This document shows, piece by piece, positions 33,501-48,500 of a stretch of 64,000 nt of DNA (the stretch's first letter is position 1; each line of letters starts with the position of its first letter). Below the pieces are notes generated by a model that worked only from the letters and a program-made list of their open reading frames with translations, ran no database searches and was not told the DNA's origin. Position numbers and translations under genes: made by a program. This stretch comes from Acidobacteriota bacterium (GTDB lineage Bacteria > Acidobacteriota > UBA6911 > RPQK01 > JAJDTT01), in assembly GCA_965217775.1 (NCBI GenBank), contig CBDCJH010000002.1, positions 2,528,001-2,592,000 of the forward strand. Direction: 5' to 3'.

Positions 33501-36500
33501 CACCGTGCGCGTCTCGTTGCCTCCCTCCACGGTGAAGTCACTCGTCGCCGGTCGTGAGGACGTATTCAGGGGTTCGTTGTAGGTCAGCGTCAGCGTCGCG
33601 CCGTTGACCACCGCCGGATCGGTGAGTGCCAGCAACGGGGCGACCGCGTCCACCTTGTGGCTCGAACTGGCCGCCACGGCCTCATGGTCCAGCACGGCGT
33701 TATTGCCGGCGCCGTCCTGAATCGTCCCTCCGGCTCGCGACAGCCGGTTCGCCTCGAGGCTCACTCCGTCCTCGTCGTTGTCACCAGTGACCACCCGGTA
33801 GGCGAATTTCACCGCCCGGTTCGAGACGCTCCGGTACTCCGCCGTTCGGCTTCGGCCGCCCACGTCCAGGGTCACTTCCGGCGTTCCGGTGATCACCACC
33901 GTCTCCTCGAACGTCACCGTCACCTCGATGGTCTCGTCCACGCCGTAGGTCCGGTCCGGCCCTGCGATCGAGGTGATCGCCACGTTGCTCACCGTTGGTC
34001 CCTTCGTATCTCCCGTCTCGTTCGTGACGATCTTGTTGCTCAACTGATCCGCATCGTTCCCTGCGGTGTCCTGGATCGGATTCGACCTGGGCTCGTAGTT
34101 CACCCGGAGGCGGCTCTCTCCATCCGCGACGGCCGAGCTCAGGGTCAGGAACACCGCGTTTCCGCTGACCCGGACGCCGGTGACCGTCCGGGTTTCACTC
34201 CCGCCTGTCACGGTGAAGTCGTCCGTCGCCGGCACCGAAGAGGAATCCAAAGGCTCGCCGTAGGCCAGCGTCAGCGTCGTCCCGTTCACGACCGCTCCGT
34301 CGGTCGTCGCCAAAGTGGGCTTGACCCCATCCACCTGGTGCCGGGAATCGGCCGCTACCGGCGCGTGGCTCAGCACGGCGTTGTTCCGGGCGCCGTCCCG
34401 GATCGTGCCGCCGGACAGGCGATTCGCATCGATGCTCACCCCATAGGCGGCACTGTCGCCCGAGACCGCCTGGTATTCGAACCTCACGGCCGCTCCCGTG
34501 AGGTCCTGGTAGTTGGCCGTCCGGCTCCGGCCGCCCAGGTTCAGCGTCAACCGCGGCGTCCCCGTCACCACCACCGTCTCGCTGAACGTCACCGTCACTT
34601 CGATGGTTTCGCCGGCCGCGTAGGTCCGGTCCGATCCTGCGTTCGAGGTGATCCTCACCGTCTCCACGGTCGGCCCCGTCGTGTCTCCCGTGTGGTTGGT
34701 GACCGGTTGGTCGTTCAGCTCATCCGCGGCGTTGCCCACCGGGTCCTCGATCGGATTCCCCCCCGGCTGGTAGCTCAACCGGAGGCCGCTCTCTGTGTCC
34801 TGCACGGTCGGACTCAGAGTCAGCAAGACCGCGCTTCCGCTCACCTGCACCCGGGTGACCGTCCGGGCCTCACTCCCCCCGGTCACGGTGAAGGCGCTCG
34901 CCGCCGGTCTTGAGGAGGAGTTCAGCGGTTCGCTGTAGGCCAGCGTCAGCATCGTCCCGTTCACGACCGCTCCGTCGCTGGTCGCCAGAGTGGGCTTGAC
35001 CCCATCCACCTGGTGCCGGGAATCGGCCACCACCGCCGCGTGCTCCAACACCGCGTCATTCTGCGCGCCGTCCCGGATCGTCCCGGTGCCCCGCGACAGG
35101 CGATTCGCCTCGATGCTCACTCCGTCCCTGTCGTTGTCACCCGGGACCACCCGGTAGGCGAACTTCACTGCCTGGCTCATGACACTTCGGAAGTTCGCCG
35201 TTCGACTCCGACCGCCTAGGTTCAGGGTCAATTGCGGGGTCCCCGTCACCACCACCGTCTCGTCGAACGTCACCGTCACCTCGATGGTCTCGTCCACCCC
35301 GTAGGTCCGATCCGACCCCGCACTCGAGGTGATCCGAACCGTCGATACGGCCGGTCCCGTCGTGTCTCCCGTCCGGTTCGTGACGCTCTTGCTGCTCAAC
35401 CGGTCCGCGTCGTTGCCGACCGTGTCCTGAATCGGATCCGACCCGGGCTCGTAGCTCACCCGAAGGCCGCGCTCACCGTCCGTTACGGCCGAGCTCAGCG
35501 TCAGGAACACCGCGCTTCCGCTCACCCGGACGCCGCTGACCGTCCGGGTCTCACTCCCTCCCGTCACGGTGAAGTCATCCGTCACCGGCACCGAAGAGGA
35601 ATCCAACGGCTCGCCGTAGGCCAGCGTCAGCGTCATGCCGCTGGCCACCGCTCCGTCGGTCGTCGCCAAAGTGGGCTTGACCCCATCCACCTGGTGCCGG
35701 GAATCGGCCGCCACCGGCGCGTGGTTCCGCACGGCGTTGTTCCGGGCGCCGTCCCGGATCGTCCCTCCCGACAGGCGGTTCGCGTCGATGCTCACCCCGT
35801 AAGCAGCACTGTCGCCGGAGACCACCTGGTATTCGAACCTCACGGCGGCCCCCGTGACGTCCTGGTAGTTGGCTGTCCGGCTGCGTCCACCCAGGTTCAA
35901 CATCAACCGCGGCGTCCCCGTCACCACCACCGTCTCGCTGAACGTCACCGTCACTTCGATGGTCTCGCCGGCCGCGTAGGTGGCATCCGACCCTGCATTC
36001 GAGGTGATCCTCACCGTCTCCACGGTCGGCCCCGTCGTGTCTCCCGTGTTGTTGGTGACCGGTTGGTTGTTCAACCCGTCCGCGGCGTTGCCCACCGTGT
36101 CCTCGATCGGATTCCCCCCCGGCTGGTAGCTCAACCGGAGGCCGCTCTCTCCGTCCGTTACGGCCGGGTTCAGCCTCAACAAGACCTCGCTTCCGCTCAC
36201 CTGGACTCGTGTGACCGTCCGCGTCTCGTTCCCGCCGGTCACGGTGAAGGCGCTCGCCGCCGGTCTTGAGGAGGAGTTCAACGGCTCGCTGTAGGCCAGC
36301 GTCAGCGTCGTTCCGTTCGCCACCGCCCCGTCGGTCGTGGCCAGCATCGGGGGCACCCCGTCCACCTGGTGCCGCGAATCGGCCGCCACCGCCGCGTGGT
36401 CGAGCTGCGCGTCATTCCCGGCGCCGTCGCGAATCCTCCCGCCGCCTCGTGACAGGCTGTCCGCATCGATACTCACCCCGTCCCGGTCGCGGTCGCCCCG

Positions 36501-39500
36501 GGCGACCTCGTACTCGAACTTCACGGCCGCCCCCGTGACACTCTGGTAGCCGGCCGTTCGACTCCCGCCACCCAGGTTCAGCGTCAGCCGCGGGGTCCCC
36601 GTCACCACCACCGTTTCGTCGAACGTCACCGTCACCCCGATGAGATCGCCCACCGCGTAGGTCCCGTCCGAATCCGCATTCGATGTGATCCGCACCGTCT
36701 CGACCACCGGCCCCGTCGTGTCGCCGGTGTTGTTGGCGACGCTTTGATTGCTCAACCGGTCCGCGTCGTTGCCCGCCGTGTCCCGGATCGGACTCTCTCC
36801 CGTCCCCGTCGGCACCGTGTAGCTCACTCGGAGGCTCGTCTCCCCGTGCTCCGCCGGTGGATCCAGCGTCAACTCCACCGCGCTCCCACTCACCCGCACC
36901 CCGGTGACCGTGCGCGTCCGGTTGCCCCCCGTCACCGTGAAGGCGCCCGCCGGCGGCACTGAGAACCGGTCCAGCTCCTCGCTGTAGGCCAGCGTCAGCG
37001 TCGCCCCGTTCACCACCGCGGAAGAAAACACCGGCGCCGTATCGTCCACGTCCTGGAGCCGGACGATGAAGTCCGCCTCCACTGGGTTGAACCCGTCGGT
37101 GACCTGCACCCGGACTTCGTAGTCTCGGTCTCTATTGGCGTCGTCCGGCCTCTCGTAGTCCTTGGCCGTCTTGAAAGCGAGCTCGCCGTCAGCCGTCACC
37201 GTAAACCTGTTCCGGTCCGCACCCCCCGCAATTTTCCACTCCAAATCCTCCACCGGGCCATCCGCGTCCGCCGCCGTCAGTCTCACCACCGCCGTCTGGT
37301 TCTCCGGCACGAGAATCGGTGAGGTCGTCGTGATCACCGGCGCCGCATCGTCATCGACGATCGTCAGCGTCAGGGCAGACGGTGGCGTCAACCCATTGAT
37401 GTTTTCCGCCGTCGCCGACACCGTCACCATCTTGTTGGGTGCGTCCACCTTGTTGTCCACGGCCCCTACCGTCACTTCCCCGGTGCTCGAGGTCTCGCCC
37501 GCCTTGATCGTCAGGGTCCGGTTCGCACTCAGCCTGAAGTCTCCCGCCACTGCCGGGGCTACCGTCACCGCCGACACCGTCACCGTCGTCACCGCGTTTG
37601 ACGCCCGTTCCAGGCTCGCCGTCACCGTGCTGACGCCGCCGTTCTCAGTGATCGAATCCGGCGTCAAATTCAGCGTCACCAGCACCGCTTCGTCCTTGAC
37701 GATCTTGAGGATCCGGTCCGTGCCGCGGCCGTTCGAGGTGGTCACATACAGGGCTCCGTCGGGGCCCAGCATCGGAGTCCGGAGCCGGCCGAATGCGTCT
37801 TCGAGCTCGGGTACGACGACCTGACTCACATAGCTGCCATCCGAGGTGAACTCGAAGAGGCGCAGCTTCGTGTCCTTGAGCGTGGCCACCGCCAGTCGTC
37901 CCTCCCAGACCCCCCACTGGTCACCCTCGAGGAAGATGCCTCCGCTGGTGGCCAAGGTCGGGAACCCCGACGACCACTTGGCCTCAACCGCGCCGGGAAA
38001 CTTCACCAGGTCGGTCATGGAAACCGATTCGTCGTAGCCCGGCACCGGATCCCAGCCGTAGTTGCGGCCGGCGGCCAGCAGGTTGATCTCGTCGTCCACC
38101 GACGGGCCGTGCTCCACCGACCACATCTGGCTGGTGCCGGGGCGGAGCGCCAAGCCCTGCACGTTCCTGTGGCCATAGGTGTAGACCCGTGAGGGAGCGA
38201 ACGGGTTGACCGGCGCTCCCGCGCCCGTGGACGGGTCGACCCGAAGGACCTTCCCTCCGAGCGAATTCAGGTCCTGCGGGACGGTTCCGGTTACCGCGTC
38301 GCCGGTCGCGATCCACAGATAGCCGTCCGGTCCGAAGCGCAACCGGCATCCGCCGTGACGGCTGCTGCCGGCGGGCATGCCCCCGACCAGCGGATCGTCA
38401 GTTCGGGTGGCGGTGGTGTAGGCAGCATCGATGGTCCAGGCGATCACCTGTATCTCAAGCCCGGTGTGGCCCTGGCAGGTGTAAAAGCGCCGGTTGGAGG
38501 TGAAATCCGGATCGACGGCGATTCCCATCAACCCGTTCTCTCCGGTGCTGAACAAGTCGCCGAAATCGGCGTTGACGGTCTGAACCGTACCGTCGACGAG
38601 TCGACTGCTCAGAACACCCCTACGCTGGGTGAACAGCATCGTCCCGTCGGGCGTGAAGGCGAGATCCCAGGGGATGGACAGGCCGGAGACGAGGGTGGAA
38701 ACCAGGAGTTTGGGCGGGGTGATCTCGTAGCTGCTGACGCCCCGCGCCCGCTTGCCGGAACCCTGCCTGTCGCTGTAGGACACCGTGGCTCGCAGATACA
38801 TTTCCTCGTCGGCGCCGGTCGGGCGGTAGCTGTCCGAGGTGGCGCCATCGATGTTCACCCATCCCCTGCTCCGGTCCGAAGATCGGGCCCATTGCCAGCT
38901 CGCGCCGCTCACACCGCCGTCCGGATCGCTCAATTTCGCCTCGATACCGGCCCCGGGCTTGGAAAAGCTCACCGTTCCGTCTTCCTCCAGATTGCGCACG
39001 GCAACGGTGACCGTCTGCTCTGCCGTCAGCGCCCGATCGTCCCTGCCGCCAGTCGCCGTCACGGTCACGACGTATTCGTTGTTCCCCGCGCCGTTGGGAG
39101 GATCCATGCTGGCGAGATCCGCCGCTCGCTCGTAGTTCGGCGGCGTCGCGAAGGTCAACTCGCCCGTGGTTTCACCGATCTCGAACCAGGAGGCGTCGGC
39201 GCCGCCGCTGACCGTATAGGTGACCCCGTCGCCGCTGTCCCGGTCCACGGCGACCAGGGTGGCGACCTCCGTCCGGTTCTCGTCCACCGTGAAGCTCGCG
39301 TTGCTGGTGAAGGAGGGCGCGGTGTTGACCGACTGGCGAGTGAAGGTCAGGGTCGCGATCGGCGCGTTCGAGAACTTGACCCGCCCCCGGAGGCTGGTGA
39401 TGGTTCCCCGCGGCGAGGTGTCGGCGTTCGACAGCGAAAATTCGGTTCCCTCCTCGGTCCCGGCGTCCCAGGGATACAGGTTCAACGCGCGCGACCGCAC

Positions 39501-42500
39501 CCAGCGTCCCTGCGCATCGAGCAGGGACAGCCCGGAGACGCCCACGAACCAGTCCGGACTCGGCGCGACCATCGTGAGCAGGGTGACCCGGGGATGTTCG
39601 GTGGTGAGCGAGACCGTCCCGATGGTTGACGAGCTGGTTGGGAGGATATTGCCGTCGCTGCCCTGAAGGACGGCGAGCGCATTCGGCTCGGCTGCCCGGA
39701 CTTCATTGGCCAGGATCCGGGTTCCCCCGAGTTCCGCCATGGACTCGACCCCCTGGCTGGCCATGCCGCCCTCTCTCAGGAAGGTCACGCCGGCGTCGTG
39801 GACACCGCCGATCAGGGTCGTGAAATGGGCTCCGGATGGAACGCCGCCGGAGCTGACGGAGGAGGTCCAGGTTCCCCGGAAGGTCACACTGTAGGTGGCT
39901 GTCGACGCGACCGAGACCGTCGGATCGCTCGCCGCCGGGTTCAGCCACATGTTGGGCAGCGCCTCGTCGTCGTCCTCGATCGTCAGCGTCAGGTCGGAAG
40001 GGTCGGTCACTCCCTGGCTGTTGGCGGCGTCCCCGGACACCCGGACCGTCTTGTCGGGGCCCTCCACATCGTTGTTGTTGGCGGTGATAGCCACGGTCCC
40101 CGTGCTGCCGGTCCGGCCCGCCGTGATGGTCAGCGCCTGGTTCGTGCTCAGGGTGAAGTCCCCCTCCACCGCAGGATTCACCGGCGTCACCGATACGGCC
40201 ACCGTCGTCGTCTCGCTCGACGCACGGTCCAACCTCGCCGTCACGGTGGTGGATCCTCGATTCTCAGTAATGGAGGTCCGCGACAGCCGGAGCGTCACCT
40301 TCGGAGCGGGGTCGTCGTCGGTGAGCGTGAGCGTCACTTCAGCCGGACCCATCACCCCCAGGCTGTTGCCGGCCATCCCCATAACTCTCACCGTCTTGTC
40401 GGGCGTGTCGACGTCGTTGTCGTTGGCGGTGATCGTCACCGTCCCCGTGCTGGTGGTCTGACCGGCAGTGATCATCAGCGTCTGGTTCGAGGTAAGCGTG
40501 AAGTCCCGCGACACCGCCGGGGCCACCGCCGTTGCCGACACCGACACCGTCGTCGTCTCACCCGACGGATTGCTCAGCCTCGCCGTCACGGTAGTGGACC
40601 CTCGATTCTCACTAATGGAGGTTTGCGACAGCTCCAGCATCACCGTCGGAGTGTCGTCATCCACGATCGTCAGCGTCACGTCGGCCGGACCCGTCACCCC
40701 CTGGCTGTTGCTGGCGGATCCCGACACCCGCACCGTCTTGTCCGGTGCGTGCAGGTTGTTGTTGTTGGCTCTGATCGTCACCATCCCCGTGCTGTTGGCC
40801 TGACCGGCCGCGATCGTCAACGTCCGGTTCGCGCTCAGCGCGAAGTCCCCCATCAGGGCCGGGGAGTTCGCCGTGGCGGACACGGTCACCGTCGTCGTCT
40901 CGCTCGAGGTATGGCTCAGCTTCGCCGTCACCATGGCGGACCCGCCGTTCTCGCTGATGGAGGCCGGGGACAGCTCGAGCGTCACCGTGGGCAGGACGCC
41001 CGGCATCGGCACCTCCACGGAAACCCGCGGACTGCGGCTCCCTTCGCCGCCGTTGACCACGGCCGCCACCTGGTAGACGTAGGTGGCGCCGGCAGTCACG
41101 TCGGTGTCGACGTAGGTGCGGTTGGAAGTGTTCTCGGAGAGGATCTCGACGGTGGTTCCGGCGGTGCGATAGAGGTTGTAGGTCCCGCCGGAGATTGCGG
41201 ACCAGGTCAGCGTCACTTGGCCCACCGTGGGTGTCGCCATCAGGTTCGGGCCGGCGCGAACCTGCCGGCCGAACTCCTGCCAGGTCGCTCCCCCGACCCC
41301 ATTGGTGTCCACGGAAAGCGCGGGGTACTGGCTGGAGGTCCCGAAGACCCAGGGATCATCGTTCATGCCGTCGCCGTCCAGGTCCAGGTTCCAGGCCGAA
41401 TAGATGCCGCTGGCGGCCGTGGGCAACTGCAACTCCGCCGTGGTCTTTGCTTGACCGGAGAAGCCGGTGGTGCGCCCCGACGTGTCGGAATCCCAATAGC
41501 TGTCGGTGACGCCGCCGCCGCTGGCGTTCCAGCCGATCAGGCCGCCGATGGCGCTTCGACCCGAGACCAGACCGGTTGCGTAGCTGACGTTGACGTCACC
41601 GCTGTTCCGGCCGATCAATCCTCCCGCCTCGAAATCTCCCACGACTCGGCCCGTCGCGTAGGCGGCGGTCAGGTTCCCGCTGTTGGACCCGGCGAGGCCG
41701 CCGACGCGGTCGTCTCCCGTCACCTGAACGGTGGAGAAACTGGCCGACACGGATCCGTCATCCAAGTTGGCCCCGACCAACCCGCCGACGTCGTCGTCGC
41801 CGGATACCTTGCCCGTGGCGAAGCATCCGCTGACGGCGCCGCCGTTGGACCCGACCAGGCCGCCGACGTTGTCCGTTCCCGTCAGCTGGACGGAAACCAG
41901 CTCCAGGTTACGGATGACAGCGGAGGATACGGCGCCGGACCGGGTCGCGCCGAACAATCCGATATCGTTTTCGCTACTGTCGATAAACAGATTGGTGATG
42001 GTCCGGCCGTTGCCCTCGAAGATGGCGGCGAAGCTGGAGAAGCTGTCGGATGAGTCACCGATGGGCAGCCATCCGGCGCCGTCGTTCCAGTAGGCGTCGC
42101 CGGCGTCGGCCTCACCGCTGCCGTCGGTGTCGAAGTCCAGATCGGCGTTCAATTCATATCCCACACAACCGAGCAGGCCGCCGCAGGCCAGGGAACCGCC
42201 CCCCCCGTCGGTGAACGCTTCGAAATAGGCTGTGGCATAGCTGAAGCCGTCCCCGGTCAGGTCAAGACGGACGGCATCGAGCTGCGCCAGATTACCGATT
42301 TCGATGAGGCCGTCGTCGTCGGTGTCGTAATCAACCGCCGTGGTGGGCCGAACCGACACCCAGAACCGCTGAGTCCTGCTCCGGTTGGACCCATCGTCGG
42401 TAGCGGTCACCGTGATTAACGTACGGCCTTCGGCGACCGGGATGATCGTCACCCGCGTCCCCGAAAGGGTCACCCGGGCGACGCTGGTGTCCGAGGAGGA

Positions 42501-45500
42501 CACGGCGTAGGTGATGGTGTCGCCCTCCGGATCCTTGAACGCCCCACCCACCTCCGTCATCGCCGAGTCTCCCACGAGCAGCACCCGCCACCTCAATCTG
42601 CCCACCGCCACCGGACGCTTGTTGCCGGCCACCGTCACCGATCCCGTGGCGCTCCGCACGGGTTCGCCGCCGTCCACCACCGCCACCACCTGGTAGATGT
42701 AGGTTTCACCGGCGACGTCGGTGTCCGTGTAGTCGAGCACGGTGAGGTTTTCGGCGATGGTCTCGAGGTCCTCGTCGTCTTCTCGGGTCACGGCGTAGGA
42801 CACACCCGGCGCCGGGCTCCATGCACTACTCAACGGCACTTCGGTCCATTCCAGTTCGACCTGGCTTTGCCCGGCGCTCGTCGTCGGTGTCGCGGTCAAG
42901 GTCGGACCGGACCGAAGCTGATAGCCGAACTCCTCCCACGTCGCATCGTCGTCTCCATTCATGTCCGCCTTGAGGGCCGGATACTCGCTGGACGTCCCGA
43001 AGTCCCAGGGGTTATCGTTTATTTTGTCTTCGTCGATATCCACGTTCCAGCTTCCGTAGATGCCGCTGTAGCTCCGGGGCGACTGCAGTTGCGCCGTCGT
43101 CCTGCCCGAGCCGGGTGATCCCGATCCCTGCCCTGACGTGCGCGTATCCCAGTAGCTGTTGGTGACGGTCCCTCGCTCATTTCGTCCCACCAGCCCACCA
43201 GTCCTGGAGCCCGCGACGCGCCCCGTCGCATAGCTGGCAGTGATAATGCCCTCGTCGTAGACACGACCGACCAGCCCGCCGGCAGTCCCCCCATCAACGC
43301 TGCCGGTCGCATAGCTGGCCCTGATCGTTGCCTCAGCGCGTGGCGTCGCGATCGTGCCGACGAGTCCGCCCGCGGGCGACCCGCTGACCGGACCCGTCGC
43401 ATAGCTGCCACTGATCAATTTACTTTGGTGGTAACCGACCAACCCGCCGGCTGAACTGTCCGAGGTGACCGGACCGGTCGCAAAGCTGGAGATGACGAAA
43501 CCGGTGTTGTAACCGACCAACCCGCCGGTGGCGGCTAGCGGCCCGAACGTAAGGACGAGGCCTGTGCCGGGAGGCCGTGGCGGCCTCTTTCCCGTTACCG
43601 CCGCGGAGCTGCGGGAGAGGTAGACGAGCTTCAGATTGAGCCCGACCAGTCCCCCGACGTGAAGCTCCCCAGATACTTGCCCCGACGACTGGATGCCGAT
43701 GAGAAGGCCTTGGTTCTCCCCGACCAGCGCCCCGGCAGCCTCCGTGCCTGTCACGTTCACGTCGCTCAACGTGAGGTTGCCGACGACGCCGTCCAATCCG
43801 ATTCTGCCGAACAACCCCGAGTACGCACGACCCGCAGTGAAGAGGTTGCTCAGGGTGTGTCCGTTGCCGTCGAACGTCGCGTTGAAGAACAGGGCATACT
43901 CGTAGGTGGAATCCCAGCCGATGGGCACCCAGCCGTTGCCGTCGTTCCAGTAGTCGTCGTCTGAATCGACCGCCCCATCCCCGTCGGTGTCGAAGTCCAA
44001 GTCCGCGAGGAGCTCATACCCCGAGCAACCGTTCACGCCGCAGCCGAAACGATCAAGCGCCGAGGGGAACGCCGCCGCGTACGCCGCCACGGTGCCGGCG
44101 TAGCCATTCCCGTCCAGGTCATGGCGCATGGCGTCGAGCTGCGCCAGATTGCTGATGCCGATGAGGCCGTCGCCGTCGGTGTCGTAGTCGTGGCCGACCG
44201 TCACTCTGAAACGCTGCGACGCACTCATATTGGACCCGCCGGCGTCGGTTGCCGTCACGGTGATGATCGTCCGGCCTGCGGCCACCGGCGTGATCGTCAC
44301 CATGGATCCCGAGCGGCTCAACGTGGCGACGGATGTCAGCGACGAGGTTGCGCCATACGTCAGCGTGTCGCTGTCTGGATCCTGGAAGGCCGCCGCGACG
44401 TCGACCTCGACCGCCATGGACCCCACTGTCAGCTGCTGATCTGCAATAATCCCCACCGATACCGGGGGCTGGTTCGCCCCGCCCGCGATCACCGACACTG
44501 GCGCACTGCGAGCCGCTTCGCCACCACCCACCACGGCAGCCACCCAGTAGGTATAGGGGTCGCCAATCGTCACGCCGGTGTCGGTGTGGGTGAGCCCGGT
44601 GAGATTCGTCCCGATGGCCTCAATGGTGGCGCCGTCGTCGCGATATAGGGTGTAGCTGACGTCCGGCGCCGGGCTCCAGGAACTTGTCGATATCGCGTTC
44701 CAGCTCAGGACCACTTGTGCCTGGTTGGCCGTCGTCGTCGCCCTCAGAGTCAAGCTGGTGCGGACCTGGTAGCCGACCTCCTGCCAGGTCGCTCGATTGT
44801 CATCATTCAGATCCAGCGACAGGACCGGATACTGCGTCGCCGTCCCGAAATCCCAGGGATCGTCGGGCTCCCCGTCGTCGAAAAACGGGTCGCCCAACTC
44901 CACGTTCCACGCCTCGTAGATGCCCGTGTAGTCCGTCGGGGTCTGCAACTCCGCGGTGGTCTTCCCGCCCACGCCCAGCCGCAGCCGCTCCGTACCGTCG
45001 ATCACGCCATCGTCGTTCGCATCGTCCTCGCCCACTCCGACGCGCACCCCGGAGGTCTCCAGATTCCAGTAGCTGGATTGGGGCTTGGCAAAGCGGCCAC
45101 TACCGACAAGCCCGCCGACTGCCGTCGTTCCGGAGACGGCACCCGTGGCATAGCTCGCCTGGACATGACTGCAGGAACTGCCGACCAGACCACCGACACC
45201 GCCGCCGGTGCTGGTCGTGGTTTCTGCGGGTCCGGATAAGGTCAAGGCCCCGACGAGATCACAAATGATGAACCCGGAATCCGAATCCGTGAGTCGAGCC
45301 CCACGGCCCGACACGTTCCCGGTGGCATAGCTGGCCTCAATGAACTGGGTCACATCGCTGACGGCGCCGACCAGTCCGCCGACCGCATCCATCCCTTCCA
45401 CGTTCCCGGTGGCATAGCTGGCGACGGTGGCGTTCAGAGTCTGGTGCCCCACCAACCCGCCGACCGCATCATTGCCGGACACATTGACGGCGGCGGAGCT

Positions 45501-48500
45501 GTACCACACCGTGCCCCAGGTCCGGCCCACCAGGCCGCCGACTTCATCCTGGCCGGACACCTGGCCGGTAGCGTGGTTGTCAATGACCGTCCCATAGACG
45601 CTGTTCCCCCGCAGGCTGCCCACCGCATGGCGCCCGGTCACGTCGGCGCCGGCCAGGGTGACGCCACTGATTCTGCTGCTGTCGCCCGTCCCGAACAGAC
45701 CGACCTCGTCCTCCGTGTCCCGGTCGATGAACAGGTTGGACACGGTGTGACGATTGCCCTTGAAGTCCGCAGTGAAGGGCGTGTCGGCTTCACCGATCGG
45801 CTCCCAGCCGTCGCCGCCGTTCCAGTAGTCGTCGTCCGAGTCGACATCTCCATCGTCGTCGGTGTCGAAGTCCAAGTCCTCCGTCAGCTCGTAGCCCGTG
45901 CAGCCGTCGTCGCTGGGACACCCCATTCCCAGAGCACCCATGGGGTAGGCGGTGTAATACGGCCTCCAGATCGCACCGTCTACTTGGCCATCGCCGTTCA
46001 GGTCGTACCGCAGGGCGTCCAACTGCGCCAGATTGGCGACGTCGATGAAACCGTTGTTATCGGCATCGTAGTCCCTGTTTCCCGCCGTGACCGTGACCGA
46101 GAACGAGTCGGTGACACTCATGCCGTCGGGGTCGATCGCGCGCAAACTCACCCTGACTCGGCCGGGCGAGCCCGCAGTGATCGTCACCTGTGCGTTGCTC
46201 CGCGTGATGCTCAGCCGGTCGGGGTCGCTCGATATCGCCTCGTAGGTCAGCGTGTCGTCGTCCGGATCGTCGAAGACGTCCTCCAGATCGATGTCCACTG
46301 CGGCGTCACCCGGGGCGAATGTCCGGTCGGATTCGGCGTTCTCCACGGTTGGCGCCCCATTGCGGTCCGCCTCGGCGACATCGACGGCATCCACGGCGCC
46401 AGGCGCCATCACGATGCCGGCTCCGGAATCACGATCGACGCCGGCAGCCTCGATGTCCAGGACCGCAGCCCCGGTCGTCATTTCCGTACGGAGCTGGGCG
46501 AAGGTGACTTGGTTGGGACCACCGGCCGCCTCCAGCATCAAAGCCGCGATGGCCGCCGCGTGCGGCGCCGCGGATGAAGTGCCGCAGAACGTCGAGAAGC
46601 CGGGCGTCGCCGTCGACACGCAGGTCGCAGCGGTGAGATCCGGCTTCTGCAGCAGTTCCCCGCCAGTCGAGGAAAAATTGCCGGCCGTGATCGCGGTGCC
46701 GTCCGGTTCGAAGAAGATCCGGCGCGGTCCGTCCGAATTGTTTGCCCGGACGGACTCGGTCCCGTTGAAAACACTGCCGGTCCCGGCAGCGGTCCCCACG
46801 TCGACCATCGCCACAACGACCGCGTTCTCTGCCGCTGCGTGGCCGTACAGGTTGCCGGCGGTCCGGATCTCCAACCCCCCGTCGAAGGCGTGCACCCGCA
46901 GGTACCGGTCCGATCCGGAGGCCTTGACGACGACCACACTGTGTCCGGAATAGTCAAAAAACGATTGTATGGACTCGATCGGATCTTGGGTTCCGTCCTG
47001 AGTGTCCGTCGAGCTGGCGATCACGTCGCCGTCTTCATTGACCAGGAACAAGTCGTAATCGTTCGCTGAAGCCCCCAGCGGGTCGGCCCACTGAAGGACA
47101 ATGGCGCTGACCCCGCCAAACCCGGAGCCGCTCACTTCGTTCGCTTCCACCCCGTCACCGAAGTCGTGCCGGACACCGAGCGTCTCACCGTCCACGACCA
47201 GCGTGCTTCCTGCGGCGTAGTCCCCCTCCCAGACCCCGGTCGTGCCATAGGTCAGATTGCCGTCGTTGCCGCCCGCCGAGAAGAAGAAACACCCGTCAGC
47301 GACCGCCGCATTGACTCCTTTCGATACGATGCCGTCCTGAAAAACGGGTTCCGTGAGGTATCCGATGTCGTCGACGATGACGTTCGCACCGGCCTCGCAG
47401 AGCGCCTCGATGTTCTCCGCCATCCGGGCCTCGCCTCCAAAGCCCGTCGCGAAATACAGCTCTGCTCCCGGCGCGAGGTCGTGGACGATCTCGAGCAGCG
47501 CCGTCCCTTCGTCTCCCCTGCCCCCCTGGCCCGGCAGCACCGTGACCCGGGCCGGCAGGTCGTCCGATGCCTGCCGGTCGGCGAGCGACCGGACACCGTT
47601 CGAGATCACGCCGATCCCGATTCCAGTGCCGTCGACGTTGTGAGTTCTGCGCGCCGAGTTCGCCCGATGAGCGACGTCACCCTGCGAGGTGTTGTCCTTT
47701 TTGGTTATCGGGGCATCCGCTGTCCGGGTCCGGGAGGCGGGCAATAGGGTCGCGGCTTGGCCGCGTGTCCTGGCCTCGTCGGCAGGCCGGATCGTGCGGA
47801 TCGCGTCCAATCCGGCGAGCATCTCGACCGCGCGCAGTGGAAGTTTTGCCCGGATGGCCTCGTACTTCGGCACGCTGTTGATGACCGTGCCGCCCAACTT
47901 CCGGATCCGGGCCAGGACGGCCGGCGTGACCTCGGCCCGGATGTCCACCATCATCCGGTCATCCGCGGTTTGCGGATCCGTCTCTTGGAGACGGCCGATC
48001 CCGGCCGCTGGCGGCTCCCGCCGCGTTTTTTCGCGGGCCTCCAGAAGCTCCGAACTCACCTTCCGCTGGGCGGGGGTCCGGCGGACCTTGGCCGACAGCA
48101 GCGACCGGATCTGCCGCACGGCCTTCGCCGGCAGTCGGCCGCCGGCCGGCTTCGTCTCCTCGCCGGTCCGGTTCGTCACCGCCTGCTCGGTGAACGCGAT
48201 GGTCTCGTTGCTCCCCGGGTCCCGGACCGTCTGCGCCGCCTCGCCGTCCACGAGAGCAGGCTGGACGCCGAGCACCCCCTGTCCAGCTTGGTCCGGCAGT
48301 CCCGCACGGTCCAGGTCTGCGGCGTTTTCCGAACCGTCCTCGATCGCTCCGTCGTCCACGGAAAGGCTGTCCGCGATCGTCGGGGCAACCCCAAGCCGTC
48401 CATCCTTGACTGCCGCGCGGAGTTCTTCCAGCGAGGTGTTGTGGGCGCCACCGGCCGCCTCCAGGGTCAGGGCCACCATCGCCGCCACCTGGGGAGGGGG

